Positions 19,680 through 32,174 of a stretch of DNA of 64,000 bases are shown here, one piece after another. Source of the stretch: Marsupella aquatica (Eukaryota > Plantae > Marchantiophyta); contig OZ316899.1 in the NCBI GenBank assembly GCA_973895155.1, forward strand, positions 953,573-1,017,572. The letters are read 5' to 3'. Both the position numbers and the translations under genes were made by a program. The stretch's first letter is position 1, and each line of letters starts with the position of its first letter. Below the pieces are notes generated by a model. It ran no database searches, was not told the origin of the DNA, and saw only the letters and a program-made list of their open reading frames with translations.

Positions 19680-20071
19680 GACGCCAACAGACTCAGGAGG
19701 CAGCGGGATAGCCGCTCCCACTTGGGTGGCTCTAGCAAGTGTGCCAGGCATTAGCGGTGGAGTAGGATTAAAATAGATTTAGGAGTAGCTAAATCAGGCT
19801 ATAGGGACAAGCATCTACCCTAGTTAAAGCAGCGCTGCCATACTATCTGACTCGCGTAGATTAGAATCTTCTAATATGACAAGCCGTTTTCTGGCCTGAC
19901 AGCCAGCTTAGTTAGGATCTTAATTAGTGAATATTCGGGCACGAGGCCACTTTGGTCCTCAGCCCTTAGTATTTAGTGCACCCCTCGGTAGAGGCAGGGG
20001 GTTTTTAGTCTCAAAGTTGGACGTCCTCGGTATGTGCGGGGAGTCCCGACCTCTGTGAGTGAAAGAGTACC

Positions 20072-20377
20072 AAGGGGAGGGGGTATGACTAAGCTCGCTA
20101 GGCGAGTGCAAAGTTGGGCTCCGTTGTAGTATACGCCCCTTGGCCTTGGACCTGTTCATTCAAGAGCTATCGGGTCAACCGAGTGTAAGTGTATGTTGAC
20201 TCTTGTAGTAAAATCCTTTCCCATTATTTCCTTCGTGTAAATCGAGATTTTATGCTTGTGTGTGTGTATAAATCTCATGTATGGGTGCCAACGCTTGGCC
20301 GAACGCACTGCCCAAGCCGTGCACGGGGTGCAGCTTGCAAATAAGTGGTTGCGAGCCCGGGTTGAGTGACCGTATCA
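20072..20377 (+). repeat. Candidate PPT (20072..20083) and short LTR (20086..20377, ~292 bp)
   Basis: AAGGGGAGGGGG-TA-TGACTAAG...GACCGTATCA, giving TGA...TCA termini with an internal TATAAA. There is no partner LTR in the window. Confidence 0.4.
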
Positions 20378-20619
20378 TCGGATCTGGATCAAAGGCGGAC
20401 AACACGAAGGCTTAGAAGCCCGTAAGTCAGGGTTGATCCCGCTATCGACTAAGGTACGTTCCGGCAGTAGAACACAAATCATACCTAGGAAGTGTTCGTA
20501 GGTAACAATAGACGCACTTAGCGCTAGTTTACGGGAGTTAGGGGCATTCTGTGCTTCCCTCTCTGCCCGAACCCTCATACTAACGAAGGAAATGCCTGTC
20601 TAAGCCGAAGCTCGGGTTA

Positions 20620-21170
20620 AGACCCAGGCTGACAACGTGACACCTCCTCCTCCTCTTCCTTGATCATGTGTATGGGATCCTCCCCTCCGTAACTCAGGGT
20701 GGAGTGAGAAACACCTATCCTTGGTGTGTCCAAGACCTCCACAATGTTCACACTATCTCTGATTAGGAGTTGATGCTCCCCTTGATCCTCTATGATCTGG
20801 GCAATATCTTTGTGCATGATCCCCACCACATGTCCAACAATTTGACTGCTGTCCATCATAAGAGGGCACAGGTCTCTGGCTGGTAGACTCTTGTGCAGTA
20901 GGCTTCTCCCTCTGGCTCTTTTGTGCAGTAGGCTGTGGTGTGGATGTAGATGCAGCCTTTGGTGCTTCCTTGGCAAATCCTCTCTCACTCTACGTCGCAA
21001 TTCTCTGTCCAGAATTGCATACCAAAACTGGACTGCCTGAGCCTATGTCACTCCCTTGGTGACAGTGATCAATCTGCGCATACTAGTGTATGCCTCACGT
21101 AGACTCTCTCTAGTCTTGCGCTAGAACTCCTGGAGACCCTTCAACTTATCAGTTCTCACAACTAGAACTA
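20620..21170 (-). pseudogene. gag: Degenerate retrotransposon gag with two zinc knuckles
   Basis: My manual translation gives ...ESLREAYTSMRRLI...QAVQFWYAILD... with stops, and in a shifted frame CWTCGGDHAQRYC and CEHCGGLGHTKDRC. Confidence 0.7.
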
Positions 21171-24100
21171 GAATGTCCGGTTGCAAACCCAGATCACTCC
21201 TACAGAATCAAGCGCCCACGCCAAACTAACATGGCGAATAAACAGGAAGCATATGTGGAGAGGATCCAATCAACAAGAAGAGATCCACAATAACTCTCCA
21301 CATCAATAGTGATCATACATCAATCAAACAATGTTCAATGTAGGGCCTTCATAATAGGCCTCTCAATGTTCAATGTCGTGGCTACAAATCCATGCACAAT
21401 TGGTTCAATTCATGCATCTAGATGGATTCAGAAGCATCAAAAACCCTAAGATAGCTTACAATTTGGCCCAAAATGGCAATCTAAACAAACCAGAATGTGT
21501 ATAAAATGCCTAAGTGCTCATTCCATTAACATCAAAGTGGGAAGAAGTGTGTGTACACAAGAGCACTTAAGAACCACATAATTAAGCGTGTGGGGGAGGA
21601 ATAGCTTTGGGATGGGTGGCCTCTCACTTGTAGTTATGCACCAAATTGACCGCTCCAAAATTAGCAGCTTGCAACTACTCCTCACATACCAGCCCGCTCG
21701 CTCCGCTCCACCCTCACGTCCCGAGTTACCACGAGTTGCCTCGATGAGCCCTTCACACCCGCAACGCTTTGCTACGCCAGAACCAAGTTCAGATTTTGCA
21801 ACATTCAGACTTCCGCCCCCTATTTCCCTTTGCAGAAATGCATGGTAGCGGCGTGGCAGAGTACAGTCCGTTGCAACAGCAATCCACCTTGTATCCGCAG
21901 ATGCTGCCACTGCATTGACATACTGTCTTCATAAAAATGCAGATCTGCAGCGAGCGTCGGTTGAAAACTTGCAACATTCGAGTCTCAATCCCTCAGTTTC
22001 CTTCAAAGAAACACGTTGCAAAATGAAAATCGACTTTGCGTCAACCAACAAGTTAGCCAAGCACAAAATCAGCAACATATGCAACTGCTGACAGTCGCTT
22101 TGTTCACACCAAACGCTGTTTGTACAAATCATCATACGGAAGAACTAGACAACAATACGGCTGCGCCTCGCAAATCTGCATACGGACGAACTAGATAGCA
22201 ATACGGCCGCGCACTCGCAGACCTGCAATCGATGGCACCATCAAAATGTTGTTTCCTTCAAAAAAAATAGCCACCGCTTCACAAGATAGAACGCTGTTGC
22301 ACCTGATCTGGCTACAGCCAACCGATACAACTCAAACACGTCGATCTGCAACCAAGGAACACAGTCGCGGAACTCGACTACCTTAACACTTAGCTCCGGC
22401 GTCGCTGACTCTGACGCCGAGCTCCCTTATGGTCCAGGCCCGGATAGGCCATCCGGGTAGGACTTAGCATGGGGAGACTTGTGGGCAATGAGACGTGGCA
22501 CTGGCGAGGCAAGGGGCCAAGCTGGGGACACACACTAAGGACTTGGACTAGCCTATGGCTGGCCGGGTCAAGGGGAAATGGGCCAGGCTCAAGGATGGCC
22601 GTCCGGACCGTCGGATGGACTTTGAGTTCTGAGGGCTTGGGAGTGAGCTCCTCTTGGGACCAAGGCCAATAGAGTTGACGCCATTGGCAATGGACGCTTG
22701 GGGTGCAAGTTGTGGCCCGATCCGGGTTGGGCCGATCGGGGGCCCCGAGCAGCGATCAGACCTGAGGGCCTAGGCATGAGCACTGGGTCGGCCCGGTCAC
22801 AACGGGCTAAGGCACTCCGCTTGCGGATGCCTATCAAGAAAGTTATGGGCGTTGCCAGTTGGTGGCGCACCCATTATGCGCGATGGGATCCGGGTTTGGG
22901 GCCAAATGTTTAGGGACCAAAGCTGGTCTGAGGGTGGCAAGTCTCCAGAAGCATATATGAGGAGAGTGGTGTCTCATTGGGGGCTAAGGCCGAGCCAAAG
23001 TCGTGAGCCGCGGCGGTCGCGACACTAAGGGGAACCGCCAAACGGAAATGGCGATATCTTCCCAACGGGAAGTCCGTTGGAGGACTTCTTGGGTGCGTTG
23101 GAAAGCTCTTGAGGAGGGCTACGTCCTTCTGAGCTCATCTGGGTCTGGGGATGCCGTGGGTTCTCATAGTTTGCGGGTGTTAGCTCGCCCGCTTGCCAAA
23201 TCTTGCCGAACAGCAGCCAAGCCGCGTTCAGTCTCCCAAGGGAGCTTGTGTTGGGGAGGCAAGGCCAAGTAGGTGTGGAGGATGAGTTCCAAGGGTGATT
23301 GGCCCCTAGACCACCAGTGGGGCAAACCAGGAGTGGGTGCTAGAGTCGGGGCCGTTCTGGTCCCGACGTGTTGGGACAAGCTTAGGACAAGCTTTGGGAC
23401 AAACTATGCTAGTTGGGCCATGAGCATGTCCTGAGGTCAGGGCGGTCAGTTGGTGATGGATAGGTACGAGGGGGAACCCGGGCCGCGCCCAAGGAAGGAG
23501 CTATCTTGGACGGACAGTGGACGTGGGTTCTGGTTCCGGCTTATGGCATCGGGAGGACCTATCGCTGACCTATTTACCAACGTCTGTTGAGCTTGAGTTA
23601 GGATGCTAGACTGGGCGAGTTCTAGATCCGGAGGGGTTACTTATCGAGGTGCTTGGTTGCTTGTGCAAACAGTGAGGACCATTGAGTAGCGGTCGTGTAG
23701 GTGGCAAGTGCGGCTTCGTATGGGAGTGGCCGCAGGTGGTGTTAGAGGCACTTGGATGCTTGCTCGAGGTATTCCGTGGAGGCGTCTGGGCACCAAGGGC
23801 ACTTAGGCGCAAGTGCTGGGATTGGTGAGGGCGCTGGGTGGCGAGGTCCACCACTAACACAAACGATCTGCACACTATTGATAGATTTGTGCATATTGGC
23901 TACAGATCCGCCAAACCTCCAACTCTAGATCCGCTCAAGAATCAAACTCACACAATCTCAACTTGGATCCACATGTTGGAAATCCAATCAAACAATACAA
24001 TGCACGATCCGAGATACCACAAACCGTCGCCGAACACAATCAAACTGAAAATCAAAGCTCTGTCCAACAACAGCAGAGTCCGATGCCTGATCTTTCAATG

Positions 24101-24262
24101 TAACCTCAATAGAATCTGAACAATGATCAACGCCAACAATACGCACTCAATCCCGTCCAATCCGATCACACACATATGTCGAGCCAATGCACCTTGCACT
24201 CAAGGAATCCATGCTACATAGAGAGAGCTCTCAGCCACCATAGCCACCACACAAGCTCCCCT

Positions 24263-27200
24263 TGTGGTGCGTCCCATGGCTCCCTAAACCCAAGAAACCC
24301 CCCAGCTCAAGCCGATTCCCGCAGGTTTCGCGCTTGGCGAGGCCGTTTCCGCGGCTTAGCGGCATGGGACGCTGCTAACCTTCTACTACTACTATTAACA
24401 TTTTACACACATATACTGGACAGATCCTTCATCGGGTCATGAGATACGTAGCCGGCCTAATATAGGCCTTCCCCTGTCTTCCCCTGTCTTCCCCTCCGTC
24501 TTGTTAGGTATGTTTGGATTCCGCCGCCGGAATGATCCCCAATAGGCTTGGTTAAGCCGCTAAGACCTCTCTCAGCTCGACACATCCAACTCTCACTCCC
24601 CTGCTTACTTTCCTTCTTTCTGTTGATGTGGGCACTCTTCACACAAGTTAATGCGACACACAAATAGCAAAATGACTCATTCTGACTGAGTCATACCATG
24701 CACTTGCCATACAAACAGTACATCTCATACACAAGTTCTGCGAACTAAGCCGTGAGGCCAACTCTATTCAGCTCTTAGGCATGAGGAAACATGAATATAC
24801 ACAAGGGTCACTGTATGACTAACCGAGAGCTTCTCGTACTACTTGATCCCAGCCCGGCTGGTGCAAACTAAAAACTTGCTAAAGAAGAGGCCCTGAGCTC
24901 CCCGCTGCCCAGGTACTTATCCTGGTAGTGGATCCGCCATTCTTTGCATCGTAAGCCTAATCTACTTAACAGTAATCTACTTGCCCGAATCTACCTATGT
25001 ACAGCAAGGCAGGAGCACAAGTGTTGCTCCTACCAGTGGGACCGCAATCCCACTAAGCTAAGTGTCAGGGCCGCTCCTGGTTCTGATCCTAATCCTAAAC
25101 GTGGAGATCCGTGCCCGCCCTGCCCACTCACGCCTCCTCCCTCCACGTCCGCCCTCCCTAAAAGGAACGGCGCCCTTGCACCGTCACGACACCGGTGGTG
25201 GATCCTCAATGGACGCCCCCAACACTTCCTCCGCAGCCACTGCCGTTGGCCCGCCTACTGACAGATTACCTGCCCTTGACCGAGTCAACTCTCCCTCGGC
25301 CTGACTGGGTCCACCTTCGGCTTCAGCCTCGACACCGGCCTCGGCAATACCCACGGCTTTGGCCTCAGCCACTCTCACGGCTTCGGCTTCAGCCACTCCC
25401 TCGGCTTCGGCTTCCCCTTCCCCTAGGGTAGTTGGATCCTTAGCCGTGACCCTGTCTGGGGTCGGTGCTGGGTCTACCTCCTTGATCACCACGGCCTGTG
25501 AAGTCGTATTACTCCTTGACCCTGAAGGTTTCCGCTTCTTCTTCGTTGGTGGCTCGGCAGCTGGTCCCTTCCCCTTCCCACTTACCTCCGGCACTGGTGC
25601 AGGTGGCGCGGCTTGTCCTTCGGCAATTACCACCCCTGGTAACTGGTTTGTCCCAACAGGAGATGGACCTGCTGCAGCTAAGCATTTAAATACTGCGGCT
25701 TGTTTCTTCAGCCGCTCTGTTTGGTTGTCGGCCCGCCGCTGTAGGTTCTCCATCTTCCTCGTGATTTCCTCCAACTCCTCTTGGGTTTCATCCAGGTCCT
25801 TACGTGCCCCCTCCAGCTCGTTTTTGGCCTCCTCCTGCTCCCTGTGGGCTTCCTCCAATTCCTTCTTCAAGGTAGCCTTCTCCTCCTGGGTTGCTCTTAG
25901 CTCCTTGTCGAGCTCTGCAATGATGACAGACTCCATCTGGTTCATCTTGGCGTAAGTCTGTTCGAGCATCTCGTCCTTCTCCCTTAGGTCGGCCTTGAAG
26001 CTGGCCATCAGGGACGCAAGCTCCTGCTGCAGCGCCATAATCCCTTGATAGGATTTCCCTAACTCGACCTCCTTCTGCTCAAGGGCTCCGCGGATTTTCT
26101 CGAGCTCCCCTTTCAACGCCCATTCCTTTCTTTGGGTCTCCGCCATGGCCCGGCTGTTGGCTGTTATGTGGGCCTCCTCTGTATTCTTCAGCTCTTGCTT
26201 CCACTTTTCCCTTTCTTTGATCGTGTCGGCCAACTCTTCCTGCGTCTGAGTCAGTTTATCCTTGATATTCTGATTATCAGCCTGCGCGGCGTCCAACTGC
26301 CCCTGCATGATGTTCAGCTCATGTCGTTTAATCCGCAGTTCATCTTGGGCTTTCTTGGCCGCCCTTAGATCTTCAATCTCGGCTTCCATCCTCCTAAGCC
26401 GCCGAATGACCTCGTCCTTCTTGCTTCTCTCTAAAGCCACCGCTTCTTCTAATTGGTGCTTCTCCAACTGCTCCCTATGGAAAAAGGGTCCTACCTCCAA
26501 CTCCTCTCCAAAGATGCCGAGCGCAAGTTCCCCACACATCTCACCATACTCCATGGCTCTATTCTTAGCGTAGGTGGAGTAAGTAGAAGTGATCGGCATC
26601 GCCCATCGTGGCCTCTGCTCCCAAGCCGTCCTGCGGATCTCTTCAATCGTGGCTAGAGGTTTGCTTCCTTTTTCGGCTAGCCGCCTGATGTCCTCCGGCC
26701 AATCTCCTCCTGGTAAATCCTTTTCCTTAGCCAGGGCGGCCTCTTCCTCCTGCTTGATTCGCTCCTGAAATTCCTGCACCGTCTGTTTTATGCCGTCGAA
26801 GCTCGGGGGAGCAACATCTGGTGGGGGAGACTCAGGGCTACTCTGCTGGTTGGGGTCCCCTCGCACTACCCTTGGAAGTGTGGGGACAAATCGGCCACAG
26901 GTCCTTACTCCTGGAACGTGATGGTCCGACCCATAGCCGGAATTATCATGGCTGCAGTCCTCCACTGCCTCCTCTACCTCTTGGATTTCCGGCTTCTCCC
27001 TCTCCTCTTCCTCGGTAGGAGCTTCGGGCAATTCTGCCTCAGATTCGGAGCTTGAGGTTCCCACGTACATTCGAACACCTGGCTTGGATTCCGGCCTGAT
27101 TCTCTCGTCTCCAGCAAAGGGGTTTTCTCTTGTGAGCCGGTGTAGGCCTACCTCTGTAGTAGTGTCCTGCATGGTTGCCGTTGCCGTTGTTGTTGCCGAT

Positions 27201-28919
27201 GCCGATTTCTTTTCTTTCTCCAGTAGTTTCAGCAGACTCTGCATGCCTGGTTGCTGCATCGGCAAGTCTTCCTTCCTGGGCCTAAACACCTGCTCGATCG
27301 TAGGACTAACAGGTGGTTGAGGCTTCTCAGCCAACGGCCTCGGCGTTGGAGCTTCCTCGGGTGCCCTTACCTGCAGGGGAAGTACCGGGGCAAAAGTCTG
27401 ACCTCTGGCATACCGGCACAACAGCGGCATGTGATAGCCAAGCCGCGACACGCTCCCCATGCCGATTACCTGCTGCTCCTCCTTTAAGATCTTCTTCAAT
27501 TGGTTGAGGAGGTACCCGTTGTAGTCCCGGCTTGGGTCTGGCCTTTCTGCCAGATAGACCTGTGCCTTGCCGATCTCTGCCCTCGGCAAGTTACAATGCA
27601 TGGTCACCCGCAAGAAGTCGATCATCTCTCCTATGTGCGGGTTGGTGCAGGTGTTCCGGAAGAAGCCATTCTTCGTTGATGGCCCGGGGAACGACCGGAA
27701 CTCCTTGTCAGGCAAGGTCTTCCTGGTATCAACTTTGGTCTTATTGCCCATCGGCAAGCCAAACACTTCGGCAATCACCTTGGGAGTAAGATAGAAATCC
27801 TTCCCATATATCCTCGTGCAATTGGTCTCGGGTTCCCATGACCCCACGAATTCTAATAGGTCTGACTCCGGTACCTCCGGCTTCAGCCATGGTAATCTTA
27901 CAAAGGCCTCCAAGCCGGATCCGGCCATGAAGCCTTGGTACTTCTTGGTCTGCATGGCCGTAAAGCATGCATCCTCCTCCCGTGCAAAATGTAGTTGCAC
28001 CTCCACCGGTAGGGTTGCCGCCCAGCCCTTCCAGGTGTCATCCCTGGTTGGAATGGCCTTGATGGGATCGACCTCCTCCTCTTCGGCTTCTCCCTGCCTC
28101 CTGCTCTGCTGCTCGGCTGGCTTCTTTGGTGCCGTCGACCTCGTTCTTTTTGCCGGGGTGGCTTCATCGTTGACGGCTCCCTTCCTCTTCATCTCTGCTG
28201 CCGTGGAGGTTTCTCCTAGCACCGTTGCCTGGGTCCACCTTTCCGTGCTATCCTTTAATTCCCAGTGTATGTCGTTGCAGTTCTTGATGGCCTCTCGGAT
28301 GCCGACGACGCTGTCCTTGCAAAACAGAAGATCGTCGAGTTGATTGGAAGTAGGCGTCCATAGGAACTCGTCCTTGATGAGTTCGCCTCCTAAGAAAGCC
28401 GTCTTCTGCAGCTCCCACAATCGAGCGAGCTCCTGCCGTTCTCGAGCTGCCCTTTCTGACTCCTCGTCCTCGTAAGTCTTGATGTACTCAGTTGCCCGTT
28501 CGAACAGGCATCCCCAGAAATGTGCCGCTTGATTGACGTTGCTCATACCCTCCTTAGGTTGATCGTCGGTATCTACTCTCTCCCCGAGTGCTTGCCTAAG
28601 CAGCTGACAGTAGTTGGCCTCCCGTAGTCGTCTGCCTAGTTCGTGCTCGCAAATGAGCCACCATCTCTTGCAAGCGCTCCTTACCCCTCTCCTCTGCCGG
28701 TCCTTCTTCCCGTTGATCCTTCCTAGCCGCCGACGCTTAACGCGCCCTAACCCTAATCGGGTTTTCACCCTCAGCCTTACCTCCGGCCTCTGCCCGGGTT
28801 CCATGGTTGCCCCTAATTGTTTATATTTTCCTTGTTTTGTCACTATACTAAGGTGTTCCTAGGGTGCCTTCCTGCTTTACCCACTTAACCGGCCGAGTGA
28901 TTCCTGTCTAGGCATCACA
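24263..28919 (-). repeat. 3' LTR of A copy 2, 4657 bp
   Basis: TG...CA termini, flanked by the TSD on the left and the PPT (28922..28932) on the right. Confidence 0.95.
25184..28804 (-). CDS. LTR-encoded accessory protein, intact copy (1206 aa)
   Basis: Uninterrupted ORF; differs from the copy at 7632..11252 by only a few substitutions. Confidence 0.88.
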   Translation of the reverse strand: MEPGQRPEVRLRVKTRLGLGRVKRRRLGRINGKKDRQRRGVRSACKRWWLICEHELGRRLREANYCQLLRQALGERVDTDDQPKEGMSNVNQAAHFWGCLFERATEYIKTYEDEESERAARERQELARLWELQKTAFLGGELIKDEFLWTPTSNQLDDLLFCKDSVVGIREAIKNCNDIHWELKDSTERWTQATVLGETSTAAEMKRKGAVNDEATPAKRTRSTAPKKPAEQQSRRQGEAEEEEVDPIKAIPTRDDTWKGWAATLPVEVQLHFAREEDACFTAMQTKKYQGFMAGSGLEAFVRLPWLKPEVPESDLLEFVGSWEPETNCTRIYGKDFYLTPKVIAEVFGLPMGNKTKVDTRKTLPDKEFRSFPGPSTKNGFFRNTCTNPHIGEMIDFLRVTMHCNLPRAEIGKAQVYLAERPDPSRDYNGYLLNQLKKILKEEQQVIGMGSVSRLGYHMPLLCRYARGQTFAPVLPLQVRAPEEAPTPRPLAEKPQPPVSPTIEQVFRPRKEDLPMQQPGMQSLLKLLEKEKKSASATTTATATMQDTTTEVGLHRLTRENPFAGDERIRPESKPGVRMYVGTSSSESEAELPEAPTEEEEREKPEIQEVEEAVEDCSHDNSGYGSDHHVPGVRTCGRFVPTLPRVVRGDPNQQSSPESPPPDVAPPSFDGIKQTVQEFQERIKQEEEAALAKEKDLPGGDWPEDIRRLAEKGSKPLATIEEIRRTAWEQRPRWAMPITSTYSTYAKNRAMEYGEMCGELALGIFGEELEVGPFFHREQLEKHQLEEAVALERSKKDEVIRRLRRMEAEIEDLRAAKKAQDELRIKRHELNIMQGQLDAAQADNQNIKDKLTQTQEELADTIKEREKWKQELKNTEEAHITANSRAMAETQRKEWALKGELEKIRGALEQKEVELGKSYQGIMALQQELASLMASFKADLREKDEMLEQTYAKMNQMESVIIAELDKELRATQEEKATLKKELEEAHREQEEAKNELEGARKDLDETQEELEEITRKMENLQRRADNQTERLKKQAAVFKCLAAAGPSPVGTNQLPGVVIAEGQAAPPAPVPEVSGKGKGPAAEPPTKKKRKPSGSRSNTTSQAVVIKEVDPAPTPDRVTAKDPTTLGEGEAEAEGVAEAEAVRVAEAKAVGIAEAGVEAEAEGGPSQAEGELTRSRAGNLSVGGPTAVAAEEVLGASIEDPPPVS

Positions 28920-31900
28920 TAGCTCCCCACTTAATTGTGAAGCGTCCTCGCGAACAACTTCATCTTCGTCCATATAGTATTTCTTGAGGCGGTCATAATG
29001 GATGCGAACTGGATATACCTCTCCCGTAATGTTGGCCAATTGCACGGAGCCATTGGGGAACATCATGGTTACTCTAAAGGGTCCTAACCAGCGAGTGTAA
29101 AGCTTTCCTGGAAACCTACTATACCTACTGTCATAAAGTAGCACAAGATCACCGGTATGAATACTAACTACTTTTAACCTTTTATCATACTGCTGCTTCA
29201 TGATATTCTGTCTATATTCTACTCTCTCGGCTGAAATCATTCTCGCTTCCTCTAAAGCTTCTAACCTATATTCTCGCTCCTTTAGGCTCTCCTCCGCTGA
29301 GGCTCTTTCTTCAATTGTAACTTGAAATGTCGGTATCTCAAGTTGCATGGGTACCAGGGCTTCTTGTCCAAAGGTTAAGAAGAAGGGTGTATGACCGGTA
29401 GTGAATTTATAGGCAAGATTGTAAGCAAAAACAGCAGCAAACAATTTATCATCCCAATCGAGTTTGTTCTGAGCTACTGTTTTGTTCAATATCTTTCCTA
29501 TGATTCCGTTTGCTCGTTCTGTCAACCCGTTTGCCTTTGGATGGTAGGGAGTAGTAGGCCTATGTTTAACTAAATACTGCTCATTTAAACGACTAATTAT
29601 ATCATTCAAAAAATGGGTTCCTCTATCACTAACTAATTCTAGGGGTGCTCCATACCTGGTGAAGATCTGCTCATACATGAATCTAGCCGTAGTAATTGCA
29701 TCATCCTTCGTTGTTGGTCTGGCCTCTACCCATTTAGTTGCATAATCCGTAGCCAGGATTATGTACTTGTTCCGTCGAGGGTGGGTCAGTGGTTTCAGAG
29801 GTCCAATGTAATCAATACCCCACTTCTCGAATGGTGCCAGAGGTAGAATAGGGTGCAGTGGATGCCTGGTGGACGCCCTTGGTCCTCCCGCTCGTTGACA
29901 AGGATCGCATTGTTTGATAAACTGATAGACATCTTTGTGCAAGGTGGGCCACCAGTAACCGGCATTTAATATCTTCTTAGACGTGGTTACTGGGGCAAAA
30001 TGTCCTCCGGCCTCCTCTCCATGCATGGCCCGTAGGACTCGTTTTACCTCTCTCTTCTCCAAACACCTTTGAATCGTGCCGTTGATTCCATGCTTGTGCA
30101 GTATGCCTTTAATGCACTGATACTGTCTGACCTTCCGCACAAAGACTGCGGCTTGCTCTCGGCTTAATCCTGGCTGTAATCTGGAAGTGCTGAGAAATTG
30201 TAAAATCTCAGGGTACCATGTACCAGCTATTTCCACAACGAATAGCTCCTCGTCGGGGAATCGATCATCGATGCAATCCGTGGCAGGTTTACCTGTGATC
30301 CTTGAAAAGAAGTCGGCATTGGCATGTAACTTTCCTGGCTTGATCCTCAGCTCATAGTCAAACTCCTGTAATAGCAAAATCCATCTTGCTACTCTGCCTG
30401 TAAGGTCCGGCTTATTGACTAGGTACTTCAAACTTTCATGATCAGTATGAAAGATTACCTTGTACCCTAGTAAATAATGCCTAAACTTTTTACAAGAATA
30501 AATGACTCCTAATGCTTCTCTTTCCGTGGTAGAGTAGTTCCGTTCGGCATCGGCAAGCTGACGGCTTGCGAAGTATATGGGATGGTCCCTTCCTTTCTCA
30601 TCCAACTGACTTAGTACTGAGCCAATACAGAAGCCCGAGACATCTACAAAAACATGAAAATCTTTGTTCCAGTCCGGTGCTATCATGACTGGGGCCTCTA
30701 CTAACATCTGCTTCAATTCTACCACCGCTGTGACTCGTTCGGGTGTGGGTTCGAAGTCTGCTCCTGCCTTGAGCATATTGGTTAATGGTAAAGCTAGCTT
30801 GGCAAAATCCTTGATGAACCGGCGATAGTAACCAATGCATCCCAAGAAGGATCTTACATCCTTTATGTTCTTAGGTTGCATGATATCTAGCCATACTGCT
30901 AGCTTACCTTTGTCAATCTCAATGCCCTTCCTTGATACCTTGTGACCTAGTAGCACCCCCTCGGTTACTGCAAAAAAACATTTATCTGGGTGTAACTTGA
31001 GACCCACCTCCCTACATCTCATGAAGGTTTTCCTGAGGTATTTAGCATGTTTCGATGCCTTCCCGAATACTGCAAAGTCATCAATGAAGATTTCCATGAA
31101 CTTTCTCAAGTAATCATGAAAAATGTTCACCATTAATCGTTGGAACATAGCTGGTGCGTTGCAGAGTCCAAACGGCATACGATTGAAGACATAGATCCCC
31201 CATTTCGTGATGAAGGCCGTCTTGATTTGGTCTTCCTGCCGAATCCTGATTTGGTTATAACCAGAGTATCCATCCATGAATGAATATAGTTCATGACTGG
31301 CTACCATGTCTAGTACCATATCAGTAAACGGTAAAGGAAAATGGTCTTTTAATGTTGCTTCATTCAGCTTCCTGTAATCCTGACAAACCCGGATCTTGGG
31401 TTTACCATCGGGTCCAGCTTTCTTGGGAACTATCACAATTGGAGACACCCAGTCTGAATGCAGGACTGGAGTGATGAATCCAGCTTCCACTAGTTTGTCG
31501 ATTTCTGTTTTGACCAGCAGGGAATACTTCGGGTTCATCCTTCGAATTGGTTGTCAAAATGATTTGGCTCCTAACATGAGATCAATTCGATGTTCCCCTA
31601 GTGTTGGATCTACGCCCTTTAGATCTTGGTGACTCCATGCAAACACATCCTGAAATTCAATTAATAAGTCACTGATCTCTTTCTCGAGCTCAGGTGCTAG
31701 GTTTCTCCCTAAGTTCAGTTCTCTTCCCTCTCCTAAGTCGAGCTTCCGATATTGCCGTGCTTGGATCATATTAATCTGCTTCTTCAAATTCGGGTCCAGT
31801 TCGGCTTCCAGTCTCTCTAATCTCATACCTCCATAAACTGGGATCTCGGCTGGACTAGCCGAGTCGGTCCCTTCCTTGGTGTCCATAGATTGTCCCCTTA

Positions 31901-32174
31901 CCGGTCTATTCGGTTTTGAATTAGTGGTCGGCTCCCCTTCCTGCCTTGGCTCTGGATCGTGTCTGTCCATCTCATCCACCTCTTGCTCCTGAGAGTTAGG
32001 CCGCTGTGCTCTCTCGGCTTCTAATAGGGCCTCAATTTGTTCTGCCCTCGTAATCGGCTTGTATGCCGATCCCTTGGTATTTAATTCCTTGCCGATGATC
32101 GATGGCGTTGTGGACCACGTCGGCTCTGCCACAACGCCTGCAGAAAATCCACTGTCCCTGCTACTGCTCCCCAC
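28908..32174 (-). pseudogene. pol: pol of A copy 2, one premature TGA at 31554-31556
   Basis: Same RT/RH/INT motifs as copy 1. CGA in copy 1 is TGA here, and the codon broken in copy 1 is an intact CAG here. Confidence 0.93.

Noticed and set aside
21215-21245. TGGCGTGGGCG (minus strand) as the PBS of the old gag element
   Set aside because: I cannot match it to a tRNA 3' end, and no LTR boundary is supported.
22395-22460. Two small hairpins (CGGCGTC/GACGCCG and CCGGAT/ATCCGG)
   Set aside because: 6-7 bp stems are expected by chance in GC-rich sequence, and there is no supporting context.
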